64,000 nucleotides of DNA from Geosiphon pyriformis uo1 (Eukaryota; Fungi; Glomeromycota), in contig JAAOMT010000566.1 of NCBI GenBank assembly GCA_016748015.1, positions 387,115 to 451,114 on the forward strand, written 5' to 3'. A program made the translations under genes and the position numbers. The notes under the pieces are model-generated. The model did not search any database. It saw only the letters and a program-made list of their open reading frames with translations, and had not been told where the DNA came from. Below, piece after piece: positions 14,097 to 26,735 of this stretch (positions within the stretch are counted from its first letter, which is position 1; each line of letters begins with the position of its first letter).

Positions 14097-16038
14097 GTTG
14101 AAAATTGAATTTTGAAATCAAGTAGTTTTTAAGGTCAGGGAAAAAGTTGAAATAAAAGCTTATTTATGGTCGTAAACTCATTAGAAAATCAAAAACAAAT
14201 AGGAAAAAAAATTTCCTCTCATGAAAAGTGGAATTTATATTGATTCCTTTATTCTCCTGAAAAGGAATTTTTTTTGAAACAAGTAAACAATTAAAGATTT
14301 CAAGTCTCAGCCTCCTTTATGATTCATGACCAAGCTTCATATGTTATTTTTATTTTCATTTTCAATGAGAAATCGTCATTTGGTTTTATTTTCTACTACT
14401 AGTCAAGGCTTGGGACCATTCAATAAAAAATCTTTGGAAACCTTTGAATGATTCCTTTTGAACGAATCTTGCTTGCCTATTCTCAAAAAAGGATCTAACT
14501 CATGATAAGGCTGCAAAATAAAGTATTACCACATGAAGATACGATCTATGACGTATCTTACTGAAATAAGATGTTTCATAACACTATAGCTTTGTGAAAT
14601 CATAAACAAAACTACCTTTTCATTTGTTTTGATCTAGGACCTAAAGTTTCCATCCCAAAACCTATCTCCATCAAAAGATTTTGGGAAGAAATTCTCAAGG
14701 GATATCCTTTGATTTATTTTTCGTGAGAAAGGCTTGTAAATTTTTAATCTATTTTTAGGTATAATCAAAAGCCTGGTTGAAATTTTACAGCCTTAGTGAA
14801 ACTGAGTGTTTTAGCATATCGTATAATTTTACCCTTTTATGTTATCAATACGAAGGACTTTTGCTTAATGTCGAAGAATCAGAATTGATAATAACAAAGC
14901 GCGGCAGATAAATAATTAAACCAAACAAGTTTAATAAGATTCCAACTTTTTTTCGGCTTTTTGCTTAGCAATTTCCCAAAAAAAACTGAAAGTAAAAACA
15001 TATATCTTTATTTTTTGAATAAAGCTTATTTCGACTAATAGCTTTGATTTTTCTTGGGCTTATGTCGCAATTGAAATACAATTCATGTGTTTAAGATATT
15101 AGAATACCAAAAGTTTACACCAAAGACTTAATAATCAACACATATGGTAACTCTCGTTATTCCAAAGTTGATTGTTCTTCAGTTTGATAGAATCATTATT
15201 AAATATGTATCTTTGTTTTATATAACAAAAATTATAAATGTTTGCAAATTTAATATGAAATATAACAGTATAAATGAAATTAAAATACTTTTATTTATAA
15301 TATATGGTTTATTTAACTTTGTGAACGATTTTGAAAAAAAAACAAAGACATTTTTTCCCCAATTAANNNNNNNNNNNNNNNNNNNNNNNNNNNNNNNNNN
15401 NNNNNNNNNNNNNNNNNNNNNNNNNNNNNNNNNNNNNNNNNNNNNNNNNNNNNNNNNNNNNNNNNNNNNNNNNNNNNNNNNNNNNNNNNNNNNNNNNNNN
15501 NNNNNNNNNNNNNNNNNNNNNNNNNNNNNNNNNNNNNNNNNNNNNNNNNNNNNNNNNNNNNNNNNNNNNNNNNNNNNNNNNNNNNNNNNNNNNNNNNNNN
15601 NNNNNNNNNNNNNNNNNNNNNNNNNNNNNNNNNNNNNNNNNNNNNNNNNNNNNNNNNNNNNNNNNNNNNNNNNNNNNNNNNNNNNNNNNNNNNNNNNNNN
15701 NNNNNNNNNNNNNNNNNNNNNNNNNNNNNNNNNNNNNNNNNNNNNNNNNNNNNNNNNNNNNNNNNNNNNNNNNNNNNNNNNNNNNNNNNNNNNNNNNNNN
15801 NNNNNNNNNNNNNNNNNNNNNNNNNNNNNNNNNNNNNNNNNNNNNNNNNNNNNNNNNNNNNNNNNNNNNNNNNNNNNNNNNNNNNNNNNNNNNNNNNNNN
15901 NNNNNNNNNNNNNNNNNNNNNNNNNNNNNNNNNNNNNNNNNNNNNNNNAAACATACCAAAGAATTACCGAAAAGGAAAATAGTCATGTTAAATTGATTTT
16001 GTTTCAGAATCAAAACCATCATGAGAAAGAAAAAATGT

Positions 16039-16046
16039 TATAAAAA
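16039..16046 (+). promoter_or_regulatory. TATA box of repeat-precursor gene
   Basis: TATAAAAA ~115 bp upstream of ATG 16155. Confidence 0.5.
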
Positions 16047-16154
16047 GAGAAGAGGTTCGCCTGTTCAAAATCTCCTCATCCACACTCTAAAACATCAAAA
16101 AGAGTCTTTTCTATACATTTATAAAAAATCTCCAAAACACCAAGATTAATTAAA

Positions 16155-17225
16155 ATGCCTGCTAAATTTTTTATCACCCAAATTTGCACAGCTATCTTTC
16201 TCTTGTCTTCTCTTTCAGCATCTAATGCTGAACCAAATTTTTTCTCTAGCAAGAGAGCTATTGGTAATCAACAAAATGGCCATTGGTCTCAGGGTACTAT
16301 TAACGGAGGGTTTAACGACAATAGTGGTAGATATGGATATAATTCCAATTCAATCGGTAACCAACAAAATGGTCAGTGGTCCCAGGGTACTATTAATGGA
16401 GGTTTCAACGCAAAGAGAGCTATTGGTAATCAACAAAATGGCCAGTGGTCCAATGGTTTTATTAACGGAGGGTTCAACGACAATAGTGGTAGAAATGGAT
16501 ATAATTCCAATTCAATTGGTAACCAACAAAATGGTCAGTGGTCCCAGGGTACTATTAATGGTGGTTTCAACGCAAAGAGAGCTATTGGTAATCAACAAAA
16601 TGGCCAGTGGTCCAATGGTGTTATAAACGGAGGGTTCAACGACAATAGTGGTAGATATGGATATAATTCCAATGCAATTGGTAACCAACAAAATGGTCAA
16701 AACTCCGCTGGTACTATTAATGGTGGTTTCAATGCAAAGAGAGCTATTGGTAATCAACAAAATGGCCATTGGTCTCAGGGTACTATTAACGGAGGGTTCA
16801 ACGACAATAGTGGTAGAAATGGATATAATTCCAATTCAATTGGTAACCAACAAAATGGTCAGTGGTCCCAGGGTACTATTAATGGTGGTTTCAATGCAAA
16901 GAGAGCTATTGGTAATCAACAAAATGGCCAGTGGTCCAATGGTGTTATAAACGGAGGGTTCAACGACAATAGTGGTAGATATGGATATAATTCCAATTCA
17001 ATCGGTAACCAACAAAATGGTCAAAACTCCGCTGGCACTATTAATGGTGGTTTCAATGCAAAGAGAGCTATTGGTAATCAACAAAATGGCCAGTGGTCTC
17101 AGGGTACTATTAACGGAGGGTTTAACGACAATAGTGGTAGAAATGGATATAATTCCAATGCAATTGGTAACCAACAAAATGGTCAAAACTCTGCTGGTAC
17201 TATTAATGGTGGTTTCAATGCTTAA
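16155..17225 (+). CDS. Kex2-processed repeat protein (KEP): signal peptide + 6 x 52-aa N/Q/G-rich peptides separated by KR
   Basis: Intronless 356-aa ORF = 34-aa leader ending SSKR + 6x52 + 5 KR. Each unit is (A/S)IGNQQNGxxSxGxINGGFN twice, joined by DNSGR(Y/N)GYNSN. Confidence 0.95.
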   Translation: MPAKFFITQICTAIFLLSSLSASNAEPNFFSSKRAIGNQQNGHWSQGTINGGFNDNSGRYGYNSNSIGNQQNGQWSQGTINGGFNAKRAIGNQQNGQWSNGFINGGFNDNSGRNGYNSNSIGNQQNGQWSQGTINGGFNAKRAIGNQQNGQWSNGVINGGFNDNSGRYGYNSNAIGNQQNGQNSAGTINGGFNAKRAIGNQQNGHWSQGTINGGFNDNSGRNGYNSNSIGNQQNGQWSQGTINGGFNAKRAIGNQQNGQWSNGVINGGFNDNSGRYGYNSNSIGNQQNGQNSAGTINGGFNAKRAIGNQQNGQWSQGTINGGFNDNSGRNGYNSNAIGNQQNGQNSAGTINGGFNA

Positions 17226-20093
17226 GTAAGAGTAATATTCCAAGGCATCCATTTGATTATCTCGTTGTCAACAACAAAATGTCCTATTTCTGAAAATTTA
17301 ACTTTAAAGAGTCATTAAAATTACAGAGATAAATATACTAGTCTTTCAATCCCTCTTAAAAAGCCACTATATTAGAATTTTCCGATATAAATGTAAATAA
17401 TTTGAATTATCAATCTTAGCATTAGAGCATCTATTTTATTATTATACGAATTCACGTTCATGTTGAAACATACAATCAATTCATAATAAAATGTTTTAAA
17501 TCAGTTATCGAAATCATTCAAATTGAATTGCAATAAAGAGAAGATAAACCGCATTAGATCTTTTGTAAAAGCAATTCGTTAAAACTAAGCTTTGTTTTAA
17601 CTCTTCAGAATTATCTTGCTGTGAAATCAAAAGGCCAGAATAGTCGATTGTTAATATTGCTTCTATTCAAAGAAACAAAAGATCAACTTTAATAATGGTG
17701 AGTTGTTCAGTCGATTCAGTTGTGTCTTTTCATCCGAATTTCAAAGTCAGCGTGTTTACACAGAAAATCTGGGAGGTATAAGCCAAAAAATTGAATCTGA
17801 TTATACAAAGCGGAAACTGTTAACAGAGTGGAAATATCCCTTAAACATTTAGGTGGCATCCTAGCTATACCTTGATAGCATTTAACAAAGATTATCTTTA
17901 TTAATCTGAAGTGCTACTCAAATTGACAATTAATTCACACCATGTGTTTGATTTACAACCGCTTAGTTTAATTTATTCTAAATAGCAACCAATTTAATGA
18001 TTAAGTTAATTAAATTAGCAACCAGAATAAAAATTAAGTTAATTAATATTATCTAAAGATAAAATGGATAATTATATAAAATAATGGTTAATATATGTAA
18101 TAATCAATTAAAAATAAGATTTTAATTATAATATTATTCATGTTAAAGAAAGTAAACCTTTGCAAAATGAAACTATCTATAAGTAACGTTATCTGTAATA
18201 TGTTTTTAAATTGAAAATAAATAATCTAAAAAAGTCTAAATATATAAATTGTTTTTTTTAAGAATTTTATGTTTTTTATATAACAAGTTTTTATTAATAA
18301 GTAGACTTTTTAAATGTTTTTCAATATTTTAAAGAACAATAGCATTATTGTTATTATGTATTTATTTATGTTAATTTTTATCAATTATTAAAGCTATTAT
18401 TACAACAAATAATTATTTAGATTATTTTTGATATTTATAATATTTCTTAAGTTTGATTCTATTAATTAATAATTTAAGTAACTAATAATTTTTAAATTAA
18501 ATAATAATTATAAACTTTTGTTTATATAATAGTAAAAAAAATAATCACTTTAAAAAATATTTTAAAAAATTAAAATTAATTAAAGCTTAATAAACTAATA
18601 ACCAAATTTGCCAAATAATTAAAAATATTTTTACAAATTGAAATAATAAACTAACAAATAACAAAGAAAATTTTAATTAAAAGGTAAATGAATGTGTATA
18701 AATTCAATATATAAAATTAACTTTATAATTATCTTATTTGCTAATTTTTAAAAATAAAAAGATAGTTTGTATTGTTTACAAAAAATAATATAGCTAATAT
18801 AATTTTATGTCTTAATTAATGTTTTTAATGTTTAGTAATTGTTTTATTCAATAATACTTTTTAAAAACTAGCAGATACAATTTAAGAAAAAATTTTGTAA
18901 TTTTTTAATCTTATATATTTAGATTGAAAGGTATAAAAAGAATTAAAGTATTAATTCTTAGATTGTTAGATTTAAAGAATAATTATAAAAATAGAATAAT
19001 TAAAATATATAATATCAATAATTAATAAATAGTTGAAATAATTATTGTTAGAAAAAAAAAATTAGAACTGAAATAATATTATTGTTCTTTTTCAAAAAAA
19101 AACTTATAAAATAAAAAATTATTAAAAAATAAACAATATTTGTCTAAAAACATTAGTTAAAACATAAAATTATTGCAGTTGTATTATCTTTGTTAATAAC
19201 TATAAACTATTTTTCAATTTCAAATTTTTTGAAAAATTAGTAACTATAATTTTAACTAATTACATTAATTAAATTACTTATTTATTTAATTTGCTTAGTT
19301 AAAAAATTTTTATTTATTTTATTGTTTTGTAATAATTATTAAAAAATAAATGATTAAAAAACTTAAATTCAAAAACAAAATATTTTACTTAAGATAAATA
19401 ATTATTTTTTTAATAAAAACATTTAAAACATGTTCAATATTTTTCACAATTATATATACAATTATTATTTTTATTTTTATTAATTAATAAGTGCAGCAAC
19501 TCCAAGCAAAGCTCACACTATAAACAAAATTCTACAAGTCAAGCATTACTAACTCTATCAACAATTAATCGCCCAAATAGAAAAAGCATGAACATTAACC
19601 AAAATCAAATTATTATTAACAATCAGATCTGTTTTTTGCATTCAGCTCTTAGCTTGAAATTTGACAACTGAATGTTTATTTTATAGTATACAGTTAAATT
19701 CCAGACAAAATTTATAATGCATAAATTAGCTTTGATCACATTCTTAAATACTAAAAGTAATTTAGAAATCTAATTTTAAAAACAATTATATAACAAATTA
19801 AATTGTATAGAAATTTTATAAAATATTTAATAATATAAAAACAAATTAAAATAATTTTATTAAAAATTTTCAAAAATTCAAAAATATTATACAAAATTAT
19901 TATAAATTCTAAATTAATTATCTTAAATTTTACAAAATTTACATAATAAAAAATTACTAAATTAAATCACCAAAAAAGAAAACTTTTTTTTCTATGTTCT
20001 AAATTCTTTAAAGAGTATATTTTTAAAGAAAAAAAGTTTTTGTTTTTTTTTATTATTTTTTTTCAATATTTTCAACTTAATAATTTTTTTGTT

Positions 20094-23000
20094 ATGAACT
20101 TAAAGACTGTTTTAAGTAATAATATGTTTAAGAAAAAGATGTCCAAAGGAGCTTTTTTTCTCAAAAAAAAAGATCATTCTTAATAATATAAAATACTTAA
20201 GTAATGAAAAAAATATATTATAAATTAGGGTTTGGTCTTAATAATATGTATTTAAATATAGATAATAAATCTAATAATGGTAAAAACAATCATATCATAA
20301 ATAGTATTGATAATAAATTTTTTTTGGACTTAGTTACTGCTATTTCCAAAGCCAAAAAAATGATTATTGATATAAATTGTAGTTTTTTTTTTGGTTCTCT
20401 CAAGTTTAATATAGAAAAAAAAGTTGAACCACTTTTATATTCTCTTAATATTTCTTTGAAAAAAAAATGAATTGATTTTAAAATTGCAAAAACTCTAGTT
20501 AAAATAGTTATTAAAAAATCTTTTGCTTTGAATATTAATTTATTGGCAGTGAAAACAAATCAGCAATAGTTAAAACTTAAACTATTTGGAAAATTTTTTT
20601 AGCAATTAATAATTTTGAAAAAGTCATTATTTTTTTAAAATTTGAAGAAATTATTAGATTTATGTTTACTTCAAAAAAAAGTATAAAGAAGACTGTATTA
20701 TTGGCCAAAAAAAAATTCTTATAAACAATAATTTTAAAAGACAAAAAATGCATTCAGATTAGACTATAGTTATTAAGAAAATTTTTATAAATATGTTAAA
20801 AAAAATGATTATTGTCATAATATTCATGTTTGAATAAATTAAGTCAATCCAATTACAATTAATTAGACTATGACAGAAAACTATAATAAAGTTTGCAAAA
20901 TTAGCTTAAGCAGATTAGTTAACAACAAAATGGTTATTTTTAATTAGAAAAAATTCAGTATGTATAACAAAAACTATAGAAAATTACAATATATAAATGT
21001 TAAGAGATTATTTTAGGTTGTTTTTATTTATCTTGCCTGTAAAAACAATTATTTATAATCTTGGTATTTTATTAAAAAGAGTTAGTAAAAAAACTTGTAT
21101 TATCAATTAATTGCTTAATATTGGCAATAGAGTTTGTTGTATTGTGATTGGCTTTAAATCAAAAAAAGAATTGAAGTTAATTTTTTACATAAAACCAATT
21201 CTTGGAGATGTAAAACTTTTTTAGACAAGATTGAGTTTAGTTTGTTATAAAAAATATGAACATTTTAAACACTTTGTTTTGGAATATAATGTATTAGATA
21301 TATTTACTTCTTAGTTTTCGAGAGTTTATAAAAAATTTGCTTCAGATAATATCTACTTGCAGTTAACAAGATTATATGTTAGAAAAAGTATTTTTATATC
21401 TTATTTTGCTGCTTTTAGTAACAAATAATAAGCACAAATAGTCTTATTTGCTGTTTTTTTTAATGCTATTTATCTTAGTTTTGGTTTTGAATCATTTTTT
21501 TTGGTGCTCTACATGTTAATAAAAAATTTTTTGTTGTTTCAATAATGTGTTCATTGATGTTTGTTTGGTCTCTTTGGAATACTTTTTAAAGTTTTTAATT
21601 AATCAAGTATTTAATATTATGCAAAAACTAAGCAATATAAATTTGGTATTTTTGGTGTCTACTTCTTAAACTTTTTTCTTATTTGTTTTTGTGCCATTAA
21701 ACTTAAAATTGGATTTGGACATAGTCTCAAACAACTCATTAATATTACTTTTTTTTTAGTCACAAAGGATAAGTTTTCAAATTTGAATTTGAGTAGCTTA
21801 AAGCTTTTAATTACCAAAATTGGTGGCTTAAAATTGAAGATGATTGCTTTTAAGATTTTTGTTAATTTAGTTTTGAAAAAATTGAATCAGTTGTGTTTTG
21901 GCTTAGGTTTTTTATTGCTTTTTTTATCTCAATAACTAATTTAATATGAAAATTTGCTATATGTAATATTTAAAATATTAATATTTCTACTAAGTAAAAA
22001 GATGTTATTTGTTAATATATAGATTTAAATAATATGGTTTTTATTATTATAGAAACAAAATTAAGATCTGGTATTAGACTGTAGATTGTGAATAAGTTTG
22101 ATAAAATAAAAATTTTTATATTTGGTTTGAACAAAAGTTTTTTTAATACTGAAATAGTGATTATTATAAATAATTCTTTGGCTTAATATATATTAAAAGT
22201 GAAAAAAATTCTTAATTAAGTCATTTTAGTATAATTTTTGTTTAAGAGTAAATTTTTAATTATAATTTTGGGTTTGTATACTAGTGTTTTTGCTAAAACT
22301 AGATTTGATTAAGCATTAAAAGTCAATTTTTCATTGCTAAAACAATTAATTATAGCATTTTTGTAATATTAGATAGAGATTTTAATAAGAATAATTTAAA
22401 AAAAAGTACAAGTTTCAAGTTTTGTTTAGATTTGAGTTTAGTTAACTTATTTAGTAGATATTGATTAATCAAGACTCTTACTTAAAGCAATTTTAAGAAC
22501 ATTAAGAAATTTATAGATTTTATTTTTGTAAATTAAACCTAATATTACAGTTGCTAATTATAAAATTAATACTGTATTTGATTTTTTTGATATTAATCAC
22601 AGGACTGTTTTAATTATAATTGATTTAAATAGTCTTTTAGATGTTTATTCTAATACTAATTATAGATAAACTAATAAAAATAGATGGAAGTTCAAAATTA
22701 AGAATACTAAGATTGTTAAGTAGTTATAGTTTAAAGAATGTTTATTAAATAAATTCTTAAATAAAATAGTTGAATTCAATAATGCAAAGAATAATAATGA
22801 TTTAAATGCAATATAAAAGATTTTAAAAAAGATATTAGTCAGTTCTACTGATAAAATGTTTTTAGACTTTGGTTCAGTAATTTTAAATATTTAAGAAACA
22901 AGCAATTATCTAAGTTTTTTAAATTAGAACTATTAATAACAAAAATTATAAAAAGTTTAAATTTGAATCAGAGTTTAGAAACTAATTGTCTTATTAGTAT

Positions 23001-26000
23001 TTAGACTATTATTAATAAAAAAATAGTCTTTAAGATAAGCATTATAATCAATAGTAGTAAAAAGTTAAAAAAAATTCTATGTTATCTGTTAAAAGTCAAA
23101 AAAAATATTACAAATTTAAAGTTGTTAAAAATAATTTCATTAGAAAGATAATAGATAAATATATAAAAAAATTTTGTTTTAATAAAAGACAAATAATTAG
23201 AAGTATTTTGGAATAACTATTTTAAAAAGTAATACTTGATTATTTAATAGTAAATAATCTGATTCTGAAGTCTTGTAAGGTCAAGTTTATGATTGATGTA
23301 ATTATAAAAAAATAGACAAAAAAATGTATAATACTTAGTATTTGACTTAATCAATAGTCTAATTAATATATTCTTCTGAACAATATTAATAATAGTATAT
23401 TCTTGAAAATTATGTGTAATATTAAGTTTGATAAGTTTTTGTAGTTGGTTAAAAATCTGCTTAATAAAAAACTACTGGCTTTTCTGGTATTTTTAATGAG
23501 CTTTAAAAACATAGTAATGTGCAGATTTTAAGAGATTTGTTAGATATTTTTAATATGTATTTAGTGTCAAATACAGTTTTTATACAATAAAAAAAAGTCT
23601 GAATTTCTATGATATTAAAATTATATGATTAAAAAAAAATCTTACTAATACTAAGCCAATAACTTTAATTAAAATAGTTTATAAAATTTTGTTTAATATT
23701 CTTTTAAATAAGATTTTTTTAGTTTATAGTAAGTTTAATATCTTGTATGATAATAATTTTTCAATTTTGAAAGACATATTTATTCAGACTCCAATTTTTG
23801 CTGTTGGTTTTATAATTGAGAATATATTAAAAAAAACAGAAAGTTATAGTTGGTCCTTCAAAACATGTATAAAGTATACAATTCTGTTAAGTAGTATTAT
23901 TTGCAAAACAGTTTAATTAAAATTAAGATGTGTTCTTATTTTATTAGGTTTTTTAGAAGTATATATAATGATAAAATTAATTAAATAATAAACTTACAGA
24001 TAAGTATACTGTTTATAATAATCTGAATTAGAGAGAGATTTTCTTGTTACTGCTATAAAAAATCTTTTATAATAATTTGCTTTGTAAAATTAAAAGACAT
24101 AACAATTTGTTTAACTACAAATTGGATTTAAAGTTTATTATAAGAACTAATAAGTAAAATCTTAGAGGTAATAAAACATTTTTTTTGACAATTAGAACAT
24201 TTATGAACAATATAATCTGAATTAAAAATAGCATGTTTACTATTCAATATATCTTGAACATAGCTAGTAAATTTTTTTAAATCAATAATATTTTAATTAA
24301 CATAAATAAAACAGTTGCTATACTTATTAATTAAAGAATAGAAACTTTTTATTTGTTAATAAGTAAATTAGATATTTTAATAGCAAAAAAAAGTGATTCT
24401 TATAGATACTTAAGCTTTTTTTTGTTTATGAATAGTCTTTTTAACTAAATCTTATTAAAACTTATTTGAATGTTAAATTTTTTACAAATCTGGTTTTGAG
24501 AAAGACTGTTTTGAACAAGCAATTTTTGTATCTGGTGTTTGTGGTTTTCTATTTCATAATTGGTTATAGAATGTAATTTAGTTATATATCAATAAGTATA
24601 TATAAAAAATAAGACAAAATACTGAGAAGAAAATTAAAGTTCAAGACCAATTTGCTTAAAAACTTTCCTAACAAAGCTATTTTTTATCTTAAGTTATATA
24701 ATTTCAAGTTATTTGGGCAAATGCAAGCTAAAAATCTGCTGGCTAATTTGGTTACTTTTGTCAATTTAGGAGAATTCTTAGCAAATTATTTAAATATAGA
24801 GCTATAAATTTATAGGCTGTTAGCTAAATACTTTAGTATTCTTCTAATTTTCTGGTCATATTGTTAATTAGTCCAATAAATTGTTTTTTAATGAATATAA
24901 TTAGCACTTTAGTGTTATGTAATTTGTTTTTAGATAATGACTTACTTAATATATTTTAAACTGGTAGTAATATTGTTATTACTAATATTTTGGGTTTAGA
25001 ATGTTACATAGATGTTATAAGATTGTTAAAAAAATTTAGTATTGTTTTTGCTAACCAACTTTTGAATTATCATAACATATGCTTTACATAAAACACATTT
25101 CACAAGTAAAAAAGACTTAATCCTAAAGGTTCTGTTTCTGATAGGTTTAGTTTGCTTGTCAAGTTTATTGAAAGAAGTGATTTGGTTAACTATAGTGCTT
25201 TGACTTTTTATCCTGCATTTGTTGGCCATCTATACAACTTTGATTTTGTTAAAAAACAATAACTAAGATATAAAGCAAATAAAATAGTTGTTTATATGAA
25301 TATTTCAGTTAAAAATTTGAATTCTGTGAATATTTATAGTAATATAGCTGCATATTTTTCAAATATTAATATGAGTATAAAAATAAAAATATATGGCTTG
25401 TTTTTTTTAACTTTAAGAAAACTACAGATTATTATACTTGTATTAAAATATGTTGTTTTGTCTAACTCAATAGTATTGTTTACAAATGTAAAATATTATT
25501 AGATGTTTGTGTCTCAAATAAAAAATGTGTTAATTCTAATTTTTGTAATAAATACTGAATAGAAAAAGAATATATTTATTAGGCCATTGTGTCAAAAAAC
25601 TTGTTAATTAGTTGGAATAAGATCAAAAATTACTTTGGAATTGTTGGTAATAAATATGTAAACTTTTTTGCCAATATTGCCATTATGTTTGATTTTACAA
25701 TATTTGTTTAGATACTATGTTATTTTTTTGTTATTAAAAAAAGACTTGTTTTTGAAAATGTTCATTATTTTATTAGGTATTTGTTTAAGGCTATTAGTTT
25801 TGTTAACTAAAAATTCAAATATACTAATAATGTTGTGAATATAATACTATACAGTTTTTTTAATATGTATAGGACTTTTAACATTTGATATCTTAATAAT
25901 TGTGTTCAATTTGGTTTTATTAGCTCTGTTTCTGTAATGCTTTAATTTTATTTTATAAAGATTTTGTACTATTATTTGTCTATAGTCAAGAAAAAAAGAC

Positions 26001-26735
26001 TATATAATTTAAGTTATTCTAATGTATTATGCATTTGGCTTAAGTTGATTAAGAAATTTGATCACATATTTTTATGTATTTATGATAATTGTACTAGAAA
26101 AAACCTGATTTTGAGCATTTTTTAAGTATAGACTGATTTGCTAAATACTTGTATTGCTAATTATAAGATAATTTAATTTCTATATAAAGCAAAATTTTTT
26201 GGTTGTTTATATATATTGCTTATTAAAAGCTTTGTATTAAAGAAGTGAGCAGCTAATACAGTGTAATTGTTGGGTCTTAAATCTAATAATAGTAAATTGA
26301 TTGTTAATTTGGTTTATGGTTTGTTAAAAATTACAAATCTCCTATATGATTGCCAAATACAAGACTAAAAGCATATTATAAAAAGCATAATCTTCTGTTT
26401 CATAATAAATTAGTTGTTTTATCTATTTTAAATTATTATCTTTGTGAACTTTCAAGATAATTCAAATAATGGTATAAAATCTTCTAAAATATTATGCAAT
26501 TTCGAAAACCCATCTTCATTCCATTGACCACACCAATTCTTAAGATCTTGTGTTTAAGCGGCTCCCCAGCGAATCACATGATTCCAAAGATCGACTTCTT
26601 CTATTTCCAAGTCATTTTGTCAATTTTGGTATTAAGTTAAATATATATATTTGTTTTAAATTGTGTTTTTTTTTGTTTAATATGTATTTTGGTTTTATGT
26701 GAAACTCTTTTATAGTAAATAGTTTAAGTATATAG
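20094..26735 (+). mobile_element. Full-length, heavily degenerate non-LTR retrotransposon (LINE): gag-like/CCHC, AP endonuclease, RT, RNase H, C-terminal zinc finger
   Basis: Mutated motifs in the correct order: zinc-knuckle relic ~21240; ETKL ~22052, GDFN-like ~22375 and DH ~22595 (endonuclease); TKPITL/DNNFSILK/LQNMYKVYNSV ~23645-23890 and FMNN (from FVDD) ~24200 (RT); VYMNIS (VYTDGS-like) ~25290 and KIKNYFGIVGN (KVKGHSG-like) ~25620 (RNase H). Riddled with stops. Confidence 0.85.
26464..26620 (-). pseudogene. BTB-associated BACK-domain gene fragment inserted into the LINE
   Basis: Minus strand reads QNDLEIEEVDLWNHVIRWGAA*TQDLKNWCGQWNEDGFSKLHNILEDFIPLF, matching the EEvxlWxxVIxWG..W...F..L..IPL pattern of BACK domains. 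More GC-rich than the flanks. Confidence 0.75.

Larger units (their letters stand above)
15238..17984 (+). repeat. Right arm of inverted duplication (contains KR-repeat gene copy 2 and an N gap)
   Basis: Reverse complement of 8276-11097 wherever both arms are sequenced, with scattered substitutions. Confidence 0.9.

Noticed and set aside
16257-17222. CRISPR-like array interpretation of the 162-bp repeats
   Set aside because: Contiguous coding repeats with no unique spacers, in a eukaryotic context.
16155-17225. Dikaritin/ustiloxin-type RiPP cluster or alpha-factor-like pheromone
   Set aside because: No DUF3328, tyrosinase or other intact tailoring gene seen; 52-aa units are far longer than such cores and lack X-A/X-P dipeptide spacers.
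16225-17252. Alternative-frame and antisense ORFs over the repeat genes (also 9032-9536)
   Set aside because: By-products of a repeat unit with few stops. They are broken at variant positions and lack signal peptides or consistent starts.
20204-25502. Short AT-rich ORFs at 20204, 23689, 25026 and 25296
   Set aside because: Residual open stretches of the mutated LINE, not genes.
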